Of a stretch of 64,000 nucleotides of DNA, positions 37,154 to 47,198 are shown in pieces (position 1 is the stretch's first letter; every line of letters begins with the position of its first letter). The stretch is from an uncultured Actinomycetes bacterium. Lineage in GTDB: Bacteria; Actinomycetota; Thermoleophilia; RBG-16-64-13. The DNA is taken from contig CAWEJM010000010.1 of NCBI GenBank assembly GCA_963809395.1, forward strand, positions 117,776 to 181,775. The letters are read 5' to 3'. Under the pieces are notes generated by a model. It was not told where the DNA came from. It searched no databases and was given only the letters and a program-made list of their open reading frames with translations. A program made the translations under genes and the position numbers.

Positions 37154-38519
37154 GTGCGAGCGAAGAGGGAGGCGACGGTGAAGCAGAAGCGGGTGGTGAT
37201 CATGGGAGCCGCGGGGCGCGACTTCCACAACTTCAACGTGGTCTTCCGCAGACGATCCGCAGACCAAGGTGGTCGCCTTCACGGCCGCCCAGATACCGGG
37301 CATCGATCGGCGTCGGTATCCGCCCGAGCTGGCAGGCCCCGGTATCCGGAGGGCATCCCCATCGTTCCCGAGAGCTCGCTGGACGCACTCATACGCGAAG
37401 GAAGCAGTCGACGAGGTGGTGTTCGCCTACAGCGACGTGGCCCACGAGTTCGTGATGCATCAGGCCTCGCGGGTCTTGGCCGCGGGCGCCGACTTCGCGC
37501 TGCTCGGTCCGCAAGAGCACCATGGTCGCCTGTTCGGTGCCCGTCATCGCCGTGCTGGCGGTACGCACGGGGGCCGGGAAGAGCCCGGCCTCGCGATTCC
37601 TGGCCGACCTGCTGATCGCAGAGGGCCTGCGACCGGCGGTGATCCGCCATCCCATGCCCTATGGCGATCTGGTCGCGCAGAAGGTCCAGCGTTTCGCCAC
37701 CCTGGAGGATCTCGACCGCTACCAGGCCACCATCGAGGAGCGAGAGGACTACGAGCCGCACATCCGCCGGGGTCTGGTCGTCTGGGCGGGCGTGGACTAC
37801 GAGGCGATAGTCGCGCAGGCGGAGAAGGAGGCGTCGATCATCATTTGGGACGGGGGCAACAACGACTTTTCCTTCTTGCGGGCCGACCTGGAGATCGTCA
37901 TCGTCGACCCGTTCCGGCCCGGACACGAACTGGCCTACCACCCGGGCGAGATGAATCTCCGCCGGGCGGGAGCTGGTGGTCATCAACAAGGTGAGCAGCG
38001 CGCCGCCGGAGAACGTCGACCGGGTGATGGCGAATATCCGCGAGAGTGAATCCGAACGCGGTGGTCATCAAGGCCGATTCGATCATCAGCGCGGCGGACG
38101 GGGAGCAGATCCGGGGCAAGCGGGTGCTGGTGGTGGAGGACGGGCCCACGCTCACTCACGGGGGCATGGCTACCGGAGCGGGTGTGGAGGCGGCCCGGCA
38201 GTTCGGGGCCGCGGAGGTCATCGATCCCGCGGCCTTACGCGCAGGGCCGATCTCGCCGACACGTACGCCGCCTATCCCCATCTTGGGCCGATCCTGCCGG
38301 CGTTGGGCTACTACGAGGAGCAGCTGCGCGATCTGGAGGCCACCATCGCGGCGGTTCCGGCCGATCTGGTGGTCAGCGCCACCCCGTTCTCGCTGAGGAG
38401 CCTGATGACTGGTGGACAAGCCGATAGTGCAGGTAGGGTACGAGCTTGCCGAGAGGGGCGAGCCCCGTCTGTCCGACTTCGTGCGCTCGTTCCTGCGAAG
38501 ACAGGGGCTGAGCGGCTGA
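37154..38519 (+). CDS. putative cyclic 2,3-diphosphoglycerate synthetase-like P-loop protein (COG2403 family), frameshifted
   Basis: ~450-aa reading frame assembled from at least five ORF fragments; N-terminal Rossmann-like VVIMGAAGRDFHNFNVVFRD..VVAFTAAQIPGIDRRRYPPELAG, P-loop AVRTGAGKS, IIIWDGGNNDF; family call is from memory of cDPGS-like sequences, not a search. Confidence 0.45.
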
Positions 38520-38604
38520 GCCAGCCGGTCGGGACAGGTTTCGGGTTCCATGCCGGCGGGGTACCAGCCTCTCGAAAGCAGAGAGCCCGGAGGAGGAGAC
38601 CGAC

Positions 38605-39192
38605 ATGGCCTTCACGTTACCCGATCTGCCGTATGCGAAGGGCGCATTGGCCCCATTTCTGAGCGAAGAGACGCTCGAGTACCACTACGGGAAGCATCAC
38701 AACGCCTACGTGACCAACCTGAACGGTCTGATCGAGGGGACCGACCTGGCCGGCAAGAGTCTCGAGGACATCATCCTGGCCGCAGATGGTGGTGTCTTCA
38801 ACAACGCGGCCCAGGTCTGGAACCACAGCTTCTACTGGAAGTGCATGAAGCCGGGCGGAGGGGGCGAGCCCGCCGGCGAGCTGGCCAAAGCTATCGACGA
38901 AGCCTTCGGCTCTCTCGACGCCTTCAAGAAGGAGTTCACCCAGGCGGCCGTCACCCAATTCGGGTCGGGCTGGGCCTGGTTGGTGCTGGACGGCGGCGCG
39001 CTCAAGATCGTGAAGACCGGCAACGCCGACCTGCCGCTCAAACACGGCCAGACCGCGCTGCTCACGGTGGACGTGTGGGAGCACGCCTACTACATCGACT
39101 ACCGGAACCTGCGTCCCAAGTACGTGGAGACCTTCCTTAACAGCCTCGTCGACTGGGAGTTCGTGGCCGCGAACTGCGCTGCCGCTCGCTGA
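38605..39192 (+). CDS. sodA: superoxide dismutase [Mn/Fe]
   Basis: Intact 195-aa ORF; Fe/Mn-SOD metal ligands and signature (HHGKHH, DVWEHAYY). Confidence 0.9.
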   Translation: MAFTLPDLPYAKGALAPFLSEETLEYHYGKHHNAYVTNLNGLIEGTDLAGKSLEDIILAADGGVFNNAAQVWNHSFYWKCMKPGGGGEPAGELAKAIDEAFGSLDAFKKEFTQAAVTQFGSGWAWLVLDGGALKIVKTGNADLPLKHGQTALLTVDVWEHAYYIDYRNLRPKYVETFLNSLVDWEFVAANCAAAR

Positions 39193-39202
39193 CGGCGGGA
39201 GC

Positions 39203-39250
39203 GGGGCGGCAGGCGTCCGGACGGACGCCTGCCGCCCCTCCTTCTTGTCG
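39203..39250 (+). terminator. rho-independent terminator after sodA
   Basis: Perfect 16-bp stem GGGGCGGCAGGCGTCC-ggac-GGACGCCTGCCGCCCC followed by tccttcttgtcg. Confidence 0.7.
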
Positions 39251-39385
39251 ATCCCTCGGGCCCCGCGCTCGCGACGGCGCTCGCGGCCCCCTCCATGCCT
39301 TTGGTAGAATCCGGACTGGCCTTGCGCTGAAACGGGCCTCGAGGTCTTTCTGAGCGGGCGGAGGAGGCGGAAGGGATGCGGTCGG

Positions 39386-40657
39386 GTGACTAGCGAGCAG
39401 AAGATGGGCGTCAGGAGCATGCTCTTCCTGACGCTTCCCACGTTGGGCTTCTCGACGGCCCTTTCGCTGGTCACCACGTATCTGCCGCTCATCCTCGAGC
39501 GCTACACGCATTCGGCCACGCTGATCGGCTTCGCGATCGGCGGCGAGGGCATATTCTCGTCTCTCATCCCGCTGTGGGTGGGGGTCATGAGCGACCGCAT
39601 CTGGACCAAGCGCTGGGGCCGCCGGCAACCGTTCATGATCTTCGCGGCCCCGTTCATGGCGGCCTCGCTCATGCTGGCCCCCTTCCAGCCGGGCTACGTT
39701 CCTATCGCCATCTCCACGTTCGTGTTCTTCGCCGCCTATCACTTCTACACGTCGCCCTACCAATCGCTGCTGCCGGATGTCACCCCGCCGGCCAGCCACG
39801 GCAGGGTCCAGGGGTTCCAGACGTTCATGCGCGGCGGCGGGATGTTCATGGGCATGGTGGTGGCCGGGGTCCTGTTCTACCGCTGGGAGCCGTTGCCGTT
39901 CATCCTGTGCAGCGTGCTCATCATGGTGTTCACATACCTCACCGTCGTGAAGATCCACGAGCCCGAGCCTGAGCGTTCTCTGCTCCCGCCCCGACTGAGC
40001 ATCTGGGGCGAAGTCAAGCGCATCTGGCATTCCACTCGCCAGAACAAGGGCATCCAGCGCTTCATGGTGGCCAGCTTCCTGTGGGAGTCCACCCTGGCCG
40101 GTCTCCGTCCGTTCATCATGCTGTACTTCATCTACTCACTGGGTGCGACCGCGCAGGTGGGTGCCCTCCTCCTCGGCTTGGTGGGGGTCACGTACATGGT
40201 GGCCGGGCTGGCGAGCGGGTTCCTCGCCGACAAGTACGGCCGGTCGCGGGTCATGCGCGTGGGACTGTGGATCTACCTCGGCGGTTGCCTCTTCGGTGTC
40301 TTCATCACCGACATCAAGTGGGCTTTTGTGTTCTTGCCCATCTTCGGGCTGGGGGGATCGATCGTTCTCACCTTGCCGTACGCCATCCTCATCCGCTTGA
40401 TGCCCAAGGAGCACATCGGACAGTTCACCGGCATGTTCTCCATGATGCGGGGATTGGCCAACATCATCGCTCCCGTCGTCGCCGGCGGAGCTATCGATAT
40501 CGCCGGCAGGTTCACCCACAGCGGACGGCAGTACTCCGTGATCTGGCTGCTATCGGGGTTGATGATCGCCATCTCCCTCTTCTTCTTTCGCAGCAGCGGG
40601 CAAGGACGAGGTGCTCAACGTTTAGAGCGGCGAGAACCGGGGCATAGAATCCGATGA
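39386..40657 (+). CDS. MFS transporter
   Basis: Intact 423-aa ORF with about 12 predicted TM helices; substrate unknown. Confidence 0.8.
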   Translation: MTSEQKMGVRSMLFLTLPTLGFSTALSLVTTYLPLILERYTHSATLIGFAIGGEGIFSSLIPLWVGVMSDRIWTKRWGRRQPFMIFAAPFMAASLMLAPFQPGYVPIAISTFVFFAAYHFYTSPYQSLLPDVTPPASHGRVQGFQTFMRGGGMFMGMVVAGVLFYRWEPLPFILCSVLIMVFTYLTVVKIHEPEPERSLLPPRLSIWGEVKRIWHSTRQNKGIQRFMVASFLWESTLAGLRPFIMLYFIYSLGATAQVGALLLGLVGVTYMVAGLASGFLADKYGRSRVMRVGLWIYLGGCLFGVFITDIKWAFVFLPIFGLGGSIVLTLPYAILIRLMPKEHIGQFTGMFSMMRGLANIIAPVVAGGAIDIAGRFTHSGRQYSVIWLLSGLMIAISLFFFRSSGQGRGAQRLERREPGHRIR

Positions 40658-40789
40658 TGGACCATGGCATCACCGCCGGGAAGGAGGCCCACGTGAAGCC
40701 ACAGACAGAGACTCGGGAGCAGCGAGACCGGCAGACAGAGACTGGGAGTCCGACACTCTGATCCTGCCGACCCCAAGCCACTCGCAGAG

Positions 40790-41002
40790 TTGAGCGAAGA
40801 GCAGAGACACGTACTTGATTGCCTGCAGACGGCCGGGAGCGGATTGACACTCAGGCAGCTCGAGACAAGGACCGCGTACCCGGCCGCAGCTCTCCAGGAT
40901 GCGCTCGACGGGCTCCTCCAGCGAGACCTGGTCGCTCGGCTGAATACTCTCATTCCCAGCTACGCCTACAGATACCCGGGTATCCGGGTCTATGCTGAAT
41001 AG
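40790..41002 (+). CDS. small winged-helix DNA-binding protein (hypothetical)
   Basis: 70-aa ORF, TTG start; LTLRQLETRTAYPAAALQDALDGLLQRDLVAR resembles a wHTH recognition unit; overlaps yihY start. Confidence 0.3.
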   Translation: MSEEQRHVLDCLQTAGSGLTLRQLETRTAYPAAALQDALDGLLQRDLVARLNTLIPSYAYRYPGIRVYAE

Positions 41003-41901
41003 GCTCCGGCGCTTCGGCGCTGGGTTCGCCGAGGGGACGAAGGGTGTCGCGGTCGGCATCTATCGCCACGACTGCCTGGGTCTGGCGGCACAGATAGCCT
41101 ACAGCGCTCTCTTCAGCTTGTTCCCGTTTCTCTTGTTCCTGCGCGCGCTCGTGGCCTATCTCCCGCCGACCGAACAGTTGGCCACCCGGCTTCTCGACGG
41201 TCTGGCTCAGCTGGTCAGCACCGACAGCCGCCTGTATCAGATCGTCGAGCAGAACGTGTTCAACGAGATCGGCGCGGCCAGCGTGGCTCTCTTGTCGGTC
41301 GGCATCGTTCTGACCCTGTGGAGCGCTTCCGGCGCGGTCATGACGCTGATCAAGGCGGTCAACCGCGCGTATGGACTCGAGGAGACCCGTTCGTGGGGCC
41401 GGAGACGGCTCATGGCGGCGGGGTTGGCGATCGCGGGGGCGATCCTCATCCCGGCCGGCGTCCTTCTGCTGGTGTTCGGGTCGTGGATCGGCGACCTGAT
41501 CGGCCGCGAGACCGGCTACGACTCCGCATTCCACGTGCTCTGGGTGGGCCTGCGCTGGCCCGTGGTCTTCATCTTGCTGGTGGTCGCCGTCGGGGCTTTC
41601 TTCTATTTCGCCCCCAGATGCGCGACAGAAGTGGTACAGCGCCATCCCGGGGGCGCTGTTTGCGGTCGGAGCGATCATCGGATCGTCGATCGGACTGTCG
41701 TGGTTCTTGAGTCAGAGCGTCTTCCAAGTGCGCTGGCTGACCTATGGGGTCATCGGGACCGCCATCGTGCTGTTGTTCTGGGCCTTCGTCATCGGGCTGA
41801 TGGTGCTGATCGGGGGGGAGATAAACGCCGCCGTTCGCCGAGCCGTGGACCACGGCAAAGAGGGGGCCGGGGGTCTGGTAGAATCGGCTCACGATGAGTG
41901 A
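40992..41901 (+). CDS. YihY/BrkB family inner-membrane protein
   Basis: YihY-family membrane core (IAYSALFSLFPFLLF..., VLTLWSASGAVMTLIKAVNRAYG); last TM segments in ORFs 41569-41700 and 41707..41901 after two frameshifts. Confidence 0.7.
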
Positions 41902-42586
41902 AACAGATCCGCACATCCCCGACCCGCGCGCGATAGGCGTGTTCGATTCGGGCGTGGGCGGGCTCACCGTCCTCCACGAATGCCTGGTCAACCTGCCCCA
42001 CGAGGACTTCGTCTATCTTGGTGACACCGGAAACTTCCCCTACGGGCCGAAGCCGCTGGCCGAAGTCCGCCGACTCGCGTTCACGGCGGCAGGTTTTCTG
42101 GTCGAACGGGGAGTGAAGCTCGATCGTCATCGCCTGCAATTCGGCAGCCGCGGCGGCGCTACCGCAGTTGCAGGCCGCTTTCGCCACTCCCATCGTGGGG
42201 GTGGTGATGCCCGGGGCTCGCGCGGCTGTGCAGGAGACGCGCAGCCGGCGGGTGGGTATTCTGGCCACGGAGGCCACCGTTCGCTCCAACGCCTATCAGA
42301 AGGCTCTCCACACCCTCGACGCCGGGCTGGAGGTGTTTGCCGTGGCCTGTCCTCGTCTTGCTCCGCTCATCCAGGAAGGCGATGTGTTCTCCGAGGAGAC
42401 CGAGCGGGCGGCGCGCGAGTACGTCGCCCCCTTGAAGGAGGCCGCTGTCGACACGGTGATCTTGGGATGCACGCACTATCCCCTGATCAGCCCCGATGCT
42501 TGCGACGGCTGCTGGGCCCACACGTGGCTTTGATCAATTCGGCCGAGGAGACCGCGCGGGAGGTGGGCGAGATTCTTGGAGCGTAA
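41894..42586 (+). CDS. murI: glutamate racemase
   Basis: VFDSGVGGLTVL, YLGDTGNFPYG, ...IVIACNSAAA (second frame), ILGCTHYPL; frameshifts near 42130 and 42500. Confidence 0.85.
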   Translation: MSETDPHIPDPRAIGVFDSGVGGLTVLHECLVNLPHEDFVYLGDTGNFPYGPKPLAEVRRLAFTAAGFLVERGVKLDRHRLQFGSRGGATAVAGRFRHSHRGGGDARGSRGCAGDAQPAGGYSGHGGHRSLQRLSEGSPHPRRRAGGVCRGLSSSCSAHPGRRCVLRGDRAGGARVRRPLEGGRCRHGDLGMHALSPDQPRCLRRLLGPHVALINSAEETAREVGEILGA

Positions 42587-42709
42587 GGCGATAGGCAACG
42601 CCGAGCAGCGCGAGGGTGATTACCGCTTCTTCGCGACCGGCAACAGCGAGGAGTTCAGGGAAGTGGGGGCCCGTTTCCTGCAGCTGCCCATCCGGGAGGT
42701 GACCCAGAT

Positions 42710-43475
42710 ATGAGCAACGGAGGCAGAGTCGGGACGCGAGGTCCGGCGGAGATGCGCGTCCTGAAGATCACCCCGGACTTCGTCCGCACGGCGGACGGTT
42801 CGGTCTTCATGGAGCTGGGAGGTACGCGCGTTCTGTGCTCGGCCCAGGTGGTCAACGGGGTCCCGGGCTGGCGCCGGGGGAGCGGTGCAGGCTGGCTGAC
42901 TGCTGAGTACTCGCTCTTGCCCAGTTCCACGCGCGATCGCACTCCGCGGGAGGCGGTGCGCGGGAAGCAAGACGGCCGGACGGTGGAGATCCAGCGCTTC
43001 ATCGGACGCAGTCTGCGGGCGGTGGTAGATCTGCAGGCTCTGGGGGAGCGCACGATCTACGTCGATTGCGATGTGGTGGAGGCCGACGGCGGCACGCGCT
43101 GCGTGGCGGTGAGCGGAGGCTATCTCGCCCTGCACTTGGCGCTGAAGCGGGCCGTCGATAGTAGGGCGCTTAAGGCGCTGCCGCTCAACGACTCGGTAGC
43201 GGCGGTAAGCGTGGGGGTGGTCGGAGAGATGCCGGTCGTCGATCTGGAGTACCAGAAGACTGCGTCGCTCAGGTGGACATGAACGTGGTGATGACCGGAA
43301 ACGGTCGCTTGGTCGAAGTCCAAGCGACGGCCGAGACGCACCCGTTCGAGCGGAGCGTGCTGGACGAGCTTCTTCGATCTGGCCGAGGAGCGGGATCGCC
43401 GGGATCAGGGCGGCGCAGATGGAGGTGGTGGCCCGAGCCTACGCTGAGGGCACCGGGGTGCCGCCGCGATCGTGA
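42710..43475 (+). CDS. rph: ribonuclease PH
   Basis: RNase PH core ([26 protein letters not shown]); frameshift near 43285; stop overlaps rdgB GTG start (GTGA). Confidence 0.85.
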
Positions 43476-44110
43476 TCGGATCCCTGGCCGTGGTTCTCGC
43501 TACCCGCAATCCCGGCAAGATCCGGGAGTTCGGGCGCCTATTGGGGGATGCGTTCCGGGTGGACCTGGTGCCGGACGCGGTGGAGCTGCCCGAGGAGACC
43601 GGCCGGACGTTCGCGGAGAACGCTCGGATCAAGGCGGAGGCTGTGTTCGCCGCGCTCGGGCGGCGCCGTGCCGGTGCTGGCCGACGACTCCGGGCTGGAA
43701 GTCGCCGCCTTGGATGGCCGGCCGGGAGTGCTCTCGGCCCGCTATGCCGGCGACGCCGCCCGCGACGAGGACAACGTGAGCAAGCTCCTGGCCGAGCTGC
43801 GCGGGCGGGCCGACCGCGAGGCCCGCTTCGTGTGCGAGCTTTGCCTGATAGTGCCGCCCGACTCTTCGGTCCGCGGGAGCAGAACGTCGTATCATCGAGG
43901 ACACGAGGGGTGGTCGAGGGCACCATCACGGAGGCTCCTCGCGGCACGGACGGCTTCGGCTACGATCCCATCTTTCGCCCGCAGGGCCTGGAGGAGACGC
44001 TCGCCGAGACCTCGCCGGCGAGCAAAGACCTGGTCTCCCATCGGGGGGCGGCCGTGAGGGCGCTCATCGTCCGGCTTCGGGAGGAAGGGTTGCTCGGCCA
44101 TGGATCTTGA
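43472..44110 (+). CDS. rdgB: dITP/XTP pyrophosphatase (RdgB/HAM1 family)
   Basis: [14 protein letters not shown] start, ...[11 protein letters not shown] (second frame), [11 protein letters not shown]; two frameshifts; canonical rph-rdgB pair. Confidence 0.8.
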   Translation: MIGSLAVVLATRNPGKIREFGRLLGDAFRVDLVPDAVELPEETGRTFAENARIKAEAVFAALGRRRAGAGRRLRAGSRRLGWPAGSALGPLCRRRRPRRGQREQAPGRAARAGRPRGPLRVRALPDSAARLFGPREQNVVSSRTRGVVEGTITEAPRGTDGFGYDPIFRPQGLEETLAETSPASKDLVSHRGAAVRALIVRLREEGLLGHGS

Positions 44111-44474
44111 CGCGTTCGCGGACCTGGTCACCGAAGCCCTTGAGTCGCTGCCGGAGGAGTTTCTCGAGAAGCTCGAGAACGTCCAGGTGGATATCGAGGA
44201 GTGGCCCAGCCCGAACGATCTGCTGGACGCCGGGCTGTCGGCGAGGTCGAAGCACTCGCTCTTGGGTCTCTATCACGGAGTGCCCATGACCGAGCGTGGC
44301 ATCTACTACATGGCCTTCCCCGATCGCATCTCTATCTACCAGAAGCCGATAGAAGCGATGACCGGCCCCGACGAGGAGCGGATCAGGGAGCAGGTGCGGC
44401 GCACGGTCATCCACGAGATCGCCCATTACTACGGGATCTCGGACGAGCGACTGGACGAGTTGGGCTGGGGTTAG
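44100..44474 (+). CDS. zincin-like metallopeptidase family protein (DUF1025-like)
   Basis: Intact 124-aa ORF with HEIAHYYG (HExxH) motif near C-terminus. Confidence 0.65.
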   Translation: MDLDAFADLVTEALESLPEEFLEKLENVQVDIEEWPSPNDLLDAGLSARSKHSLLGLYHGVPMTERGIYYMAFPDRISIYQKPIEAMTGPDEERIREQVRRTVIHEIAHYYGISDERLDELGWG

Positions 44475-44850
44475 CGGGACAGCCTGCGGGCCAGCTCGAG
44501 GAGAAAGCGGCGATCGGTGGGCCGTATGCGCCTGGCCAGATGGGCCAACTCCCTCGTCTCGGCGTCTTCTTCGGCCACGTCTTCGAGGCTGAGTTGCTCT
44601 GGTTCGAAGAACGGGTCGTCCTCGTCCAGCGCGGCGTGGTAGAGGAGTTCGCGCGCCGGAACGCCCAGGGCCTCGGCTATGGCCTCGATGACGTCGGTGG
44701 TGGGGTTCTTGCGGCCCTTCTCGATGTCGCCCAGGTAGCTCTTCGAGACCCCGGATTCATCGGCGAGGGCCTGCAGAGTGAAGTCGCGGTCTGACCGCAG
44801 CCGGCGGACCGTGATCCCTATGTAGTCGGCTAGTCGCCTTTGCGTCACAG
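44471..44850 (-). CDS. XRE-family HTH transcriptional regulator
   Basis: HTH_XRE motif (TLQALADESGVSKSYLGDIEKGRKNPTTDVIEAIAEALGV) followed by acidic C-terminal tail; divergent from larC; start tentative. Confidence 0.65.
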
Positions 44851-44978
44851 TGTCGCACCGGGTGTCGAACTGGGCCGTACGCCCTGCAGTGTATGGGGTG
44901 GCATGCGAGAATGCAACAACCATGAGGACTGCTACGGGAGTCAAGGGGAGCGGTAGGGTGAGCGACCGGCGTGATGAA

Positions 44979-46203
44979 GTGAGATATCCTGTTCCTGGAT
45001 CCGTGGACGGGGATATCCGGCGACATGCTCTTGGCCTGTCTGCTGGATATCGATCGAGAAGACGGTCGCCTGGAGGCGGAGCTGCGTCGAGCGGTGGCAG
45101 CCATGGGCCTGGGCACGGCCATGGTAGAAGTCGTGCGCGACGTGGAGCGCGGGGTGTCGTGCACGCGGGTACGGGTGCACGACGAGGACGCTCCCCCTAT
45201 CCGGCATCTGGCGGATATGGAGCGGATCATCGGGAACGCGTCGCTCTCGCAGTGGGTGCGAAGCCGGGCCACGGAGGCCGTTGGTCGTCTGGCTGCAGTG
45301 GAGGCCGCTGTCCACGGATGCACGGTGGATGAGATCCACTTCCACGAAGTAGGCGCCGTCGATACCTTGGTGGACGTGGTGGGCGCGTTCGTCCTTGTTG
45401 AGGCCCTTGGGGTCGAAAAGCTGGTTGTGGGGCCGATTCCGGTGGGCGGGGGGACGGTCGATATCGCCCATGGCCGCATGGGGGTGCCCGCGCCGGCCAC
45501 GGTCCGGCTGCTGGAGGGCTATCCCATCTTCGGAGGTCCGGAGATGCGGGAGTTGACTACTCCCACGGGCGCGCTGCTGGTGGGCCAATTGCGTGCCGAA
45601 CCAGGTTCGCTGCCGCTCATGCGGGTGGAGCGAGTGGGTTACGGAGCCGGTTCCATGAGACTGGAGCACGGTCCAAACGTCTTGCGAGCGGTGCTCGGCC
45701 GAGGGGTGACGAGTGACGGCGCTGAAGGCTCGCTCGAGGATCGCGACACGATCGTCGAGTTGGAGTCGAACCTGGACGATGTCTCACCCGAGGTGATGGG
45801 GCACGCCTGCCGGCTCCTGCGTGACGCCGGTGCGCTGGATGTGTGGACCGTGGCGGCGAACATGAAGAAGGATCGCCCCGGTACCGTGCTCCATGTTCTC
45901 GTGTCCCCGGAGAACGAGCAGGCCGCGGTGGAGGCCATCTTCGCGCAGACAGGCACTCTCGGGGTTCGACGGCGCGTGGTGTCACGCTGGCTGGCGACCC
46001 GGGGGACGGTGGGCGTCGTCGTGGGTGGAAGCGAGGTCCGGGTCAAGTGGGGCCGCTGGCGAGGCCGGCTGGTGAGCGTGGCGCCGGAGTACGAGGACGC
46101 CGCCGCCGTTTCGGCCGCGACGGGACTGCCGGTGAAAGACGTGATGCAGCAGGCAGTCGGGGCGGCGTGGGACCTGTTGGCGCCCGGGCATCTGTTACCA
46201 TAG
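44979..46203 (+). CDS. larC: LarC-family nickel insertion protein (DUF111)
   Basis: GTG start then MRY-LFLDPWTGISGDMLLACLLD (one extra C after codon 3 shifts frame), HFHEVGAVDTLVDVVGA motif, C-terminal LarC domain; 25 bp upstream of acsD on same strand. Confidence 0.75.
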
Positions 46204-46228
46204 GCCGTTCTTTCCTCGACCTGGAGAC

Positions 46229-47198
46229 GTGGTGGTACCTGCGGAGAAGACGTCTGTGAACGGACCCACCGAGGCATACCGGGGGAAGGTGCGCTCGCTC
46301 GACCTGGGTGGGCTGCTCGTGGGAGGAGGCGCAGCGTTTCCGCTTCACGGGTTTGATGGAGCGCTGCCGAACCCGCCCCGCGTGTGTCTGGAGGTGTGGG
46401 ACGCCGCGCCGGAAGACTGGTCGCCGGAACTGGCGGAGGTATTCGGCGACGTTTATGACGATGCGTTCGCGTGGGCGCGAACGGGCAGCGTCCTTGGGTG
46501 CAGACGCCCTCTATCTACGCCTGAAGAGCGCGGATTCCCACGGGGCCAGAGAGCAGCTGCTCGAAGTCGCGCGGAGGGCGAGGCGCATCGTGGAGGCGGC
46601 CGACCTGCCCTGTTTTGTGATCGGATGTGGCGATCCCGACGTAGATCGCGTTCTCTTACCCCTCGTCGGGGCCGAATGTGCCGGACGCCGAGTCGCTCTT
46701 GGAAACGCCGAGAACGGCACCTATCGTGACGTCGGCTGGGCTGCGGCGGCAAGCGGGCACGCTGTTGTCGCCTACACCCCCATGGACGTGAGCCTGGCCA
46801 AGCAACTCAACGTTCTTCTCGCCCAGGCGGGTATACCTGAGACGGATATCATCATGGACCCCACCTGCTCCGCCCTTGGTTACAGCTTTGAATATGCCTA
46901 CACGGTGTTCGAGCGGGATAGACTGGCGTCTCTCGCCCAGAACGACGCGAAGATGCAGGCGCCGCTGCTGGCCAACGTGGGTCAGGAGACGTGGCACGTC
47001 AAGGAGTCACGGGCGTCGGAGGAGGAACTACCTGGGCACGGAGAGCGGCTGACGCGCGGAGTGCTTTGGGAGAGCGTGAGCGCGGTCTGTCTGGTGCTGG
47101 CGGGGGCCGATGTCGTCGTCGTGCGCCATCCGTCGTCCGTGCGACTCATCAAAGCGGCGATCGCCGCTCTCGCCGAGAGGACCGACTCGTGGCGTTGA
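46229..47198 (+). CDS. acsD: CO dehydrogenase/acetyl-CoA synthase corrinoid iron-sulfur protein small subunit (delta, AcsD/CdhD)
   Basis: Aligns along length with Moorella AcsD (LGYSFEYAYTVFERDRLASL vs [50 protein letters not shown] vs [30 protein letters not shown]); one frameshift near 46490. Confidence 0.8.

Noticed and set aside
36611-37303. 230-aa and 108-aa minus-strand ORFs over 36.6-37.3 kb
   Set aside because: They overlie the RNase P RNA gene, whose conserved structural elements are unambiguous on the plus strand.
38617-39492. 291-aa minus-strand ORF
   Set aside because: Antisense to sodA, its terminator and the MFS start; sodA is intact and strongly supported.
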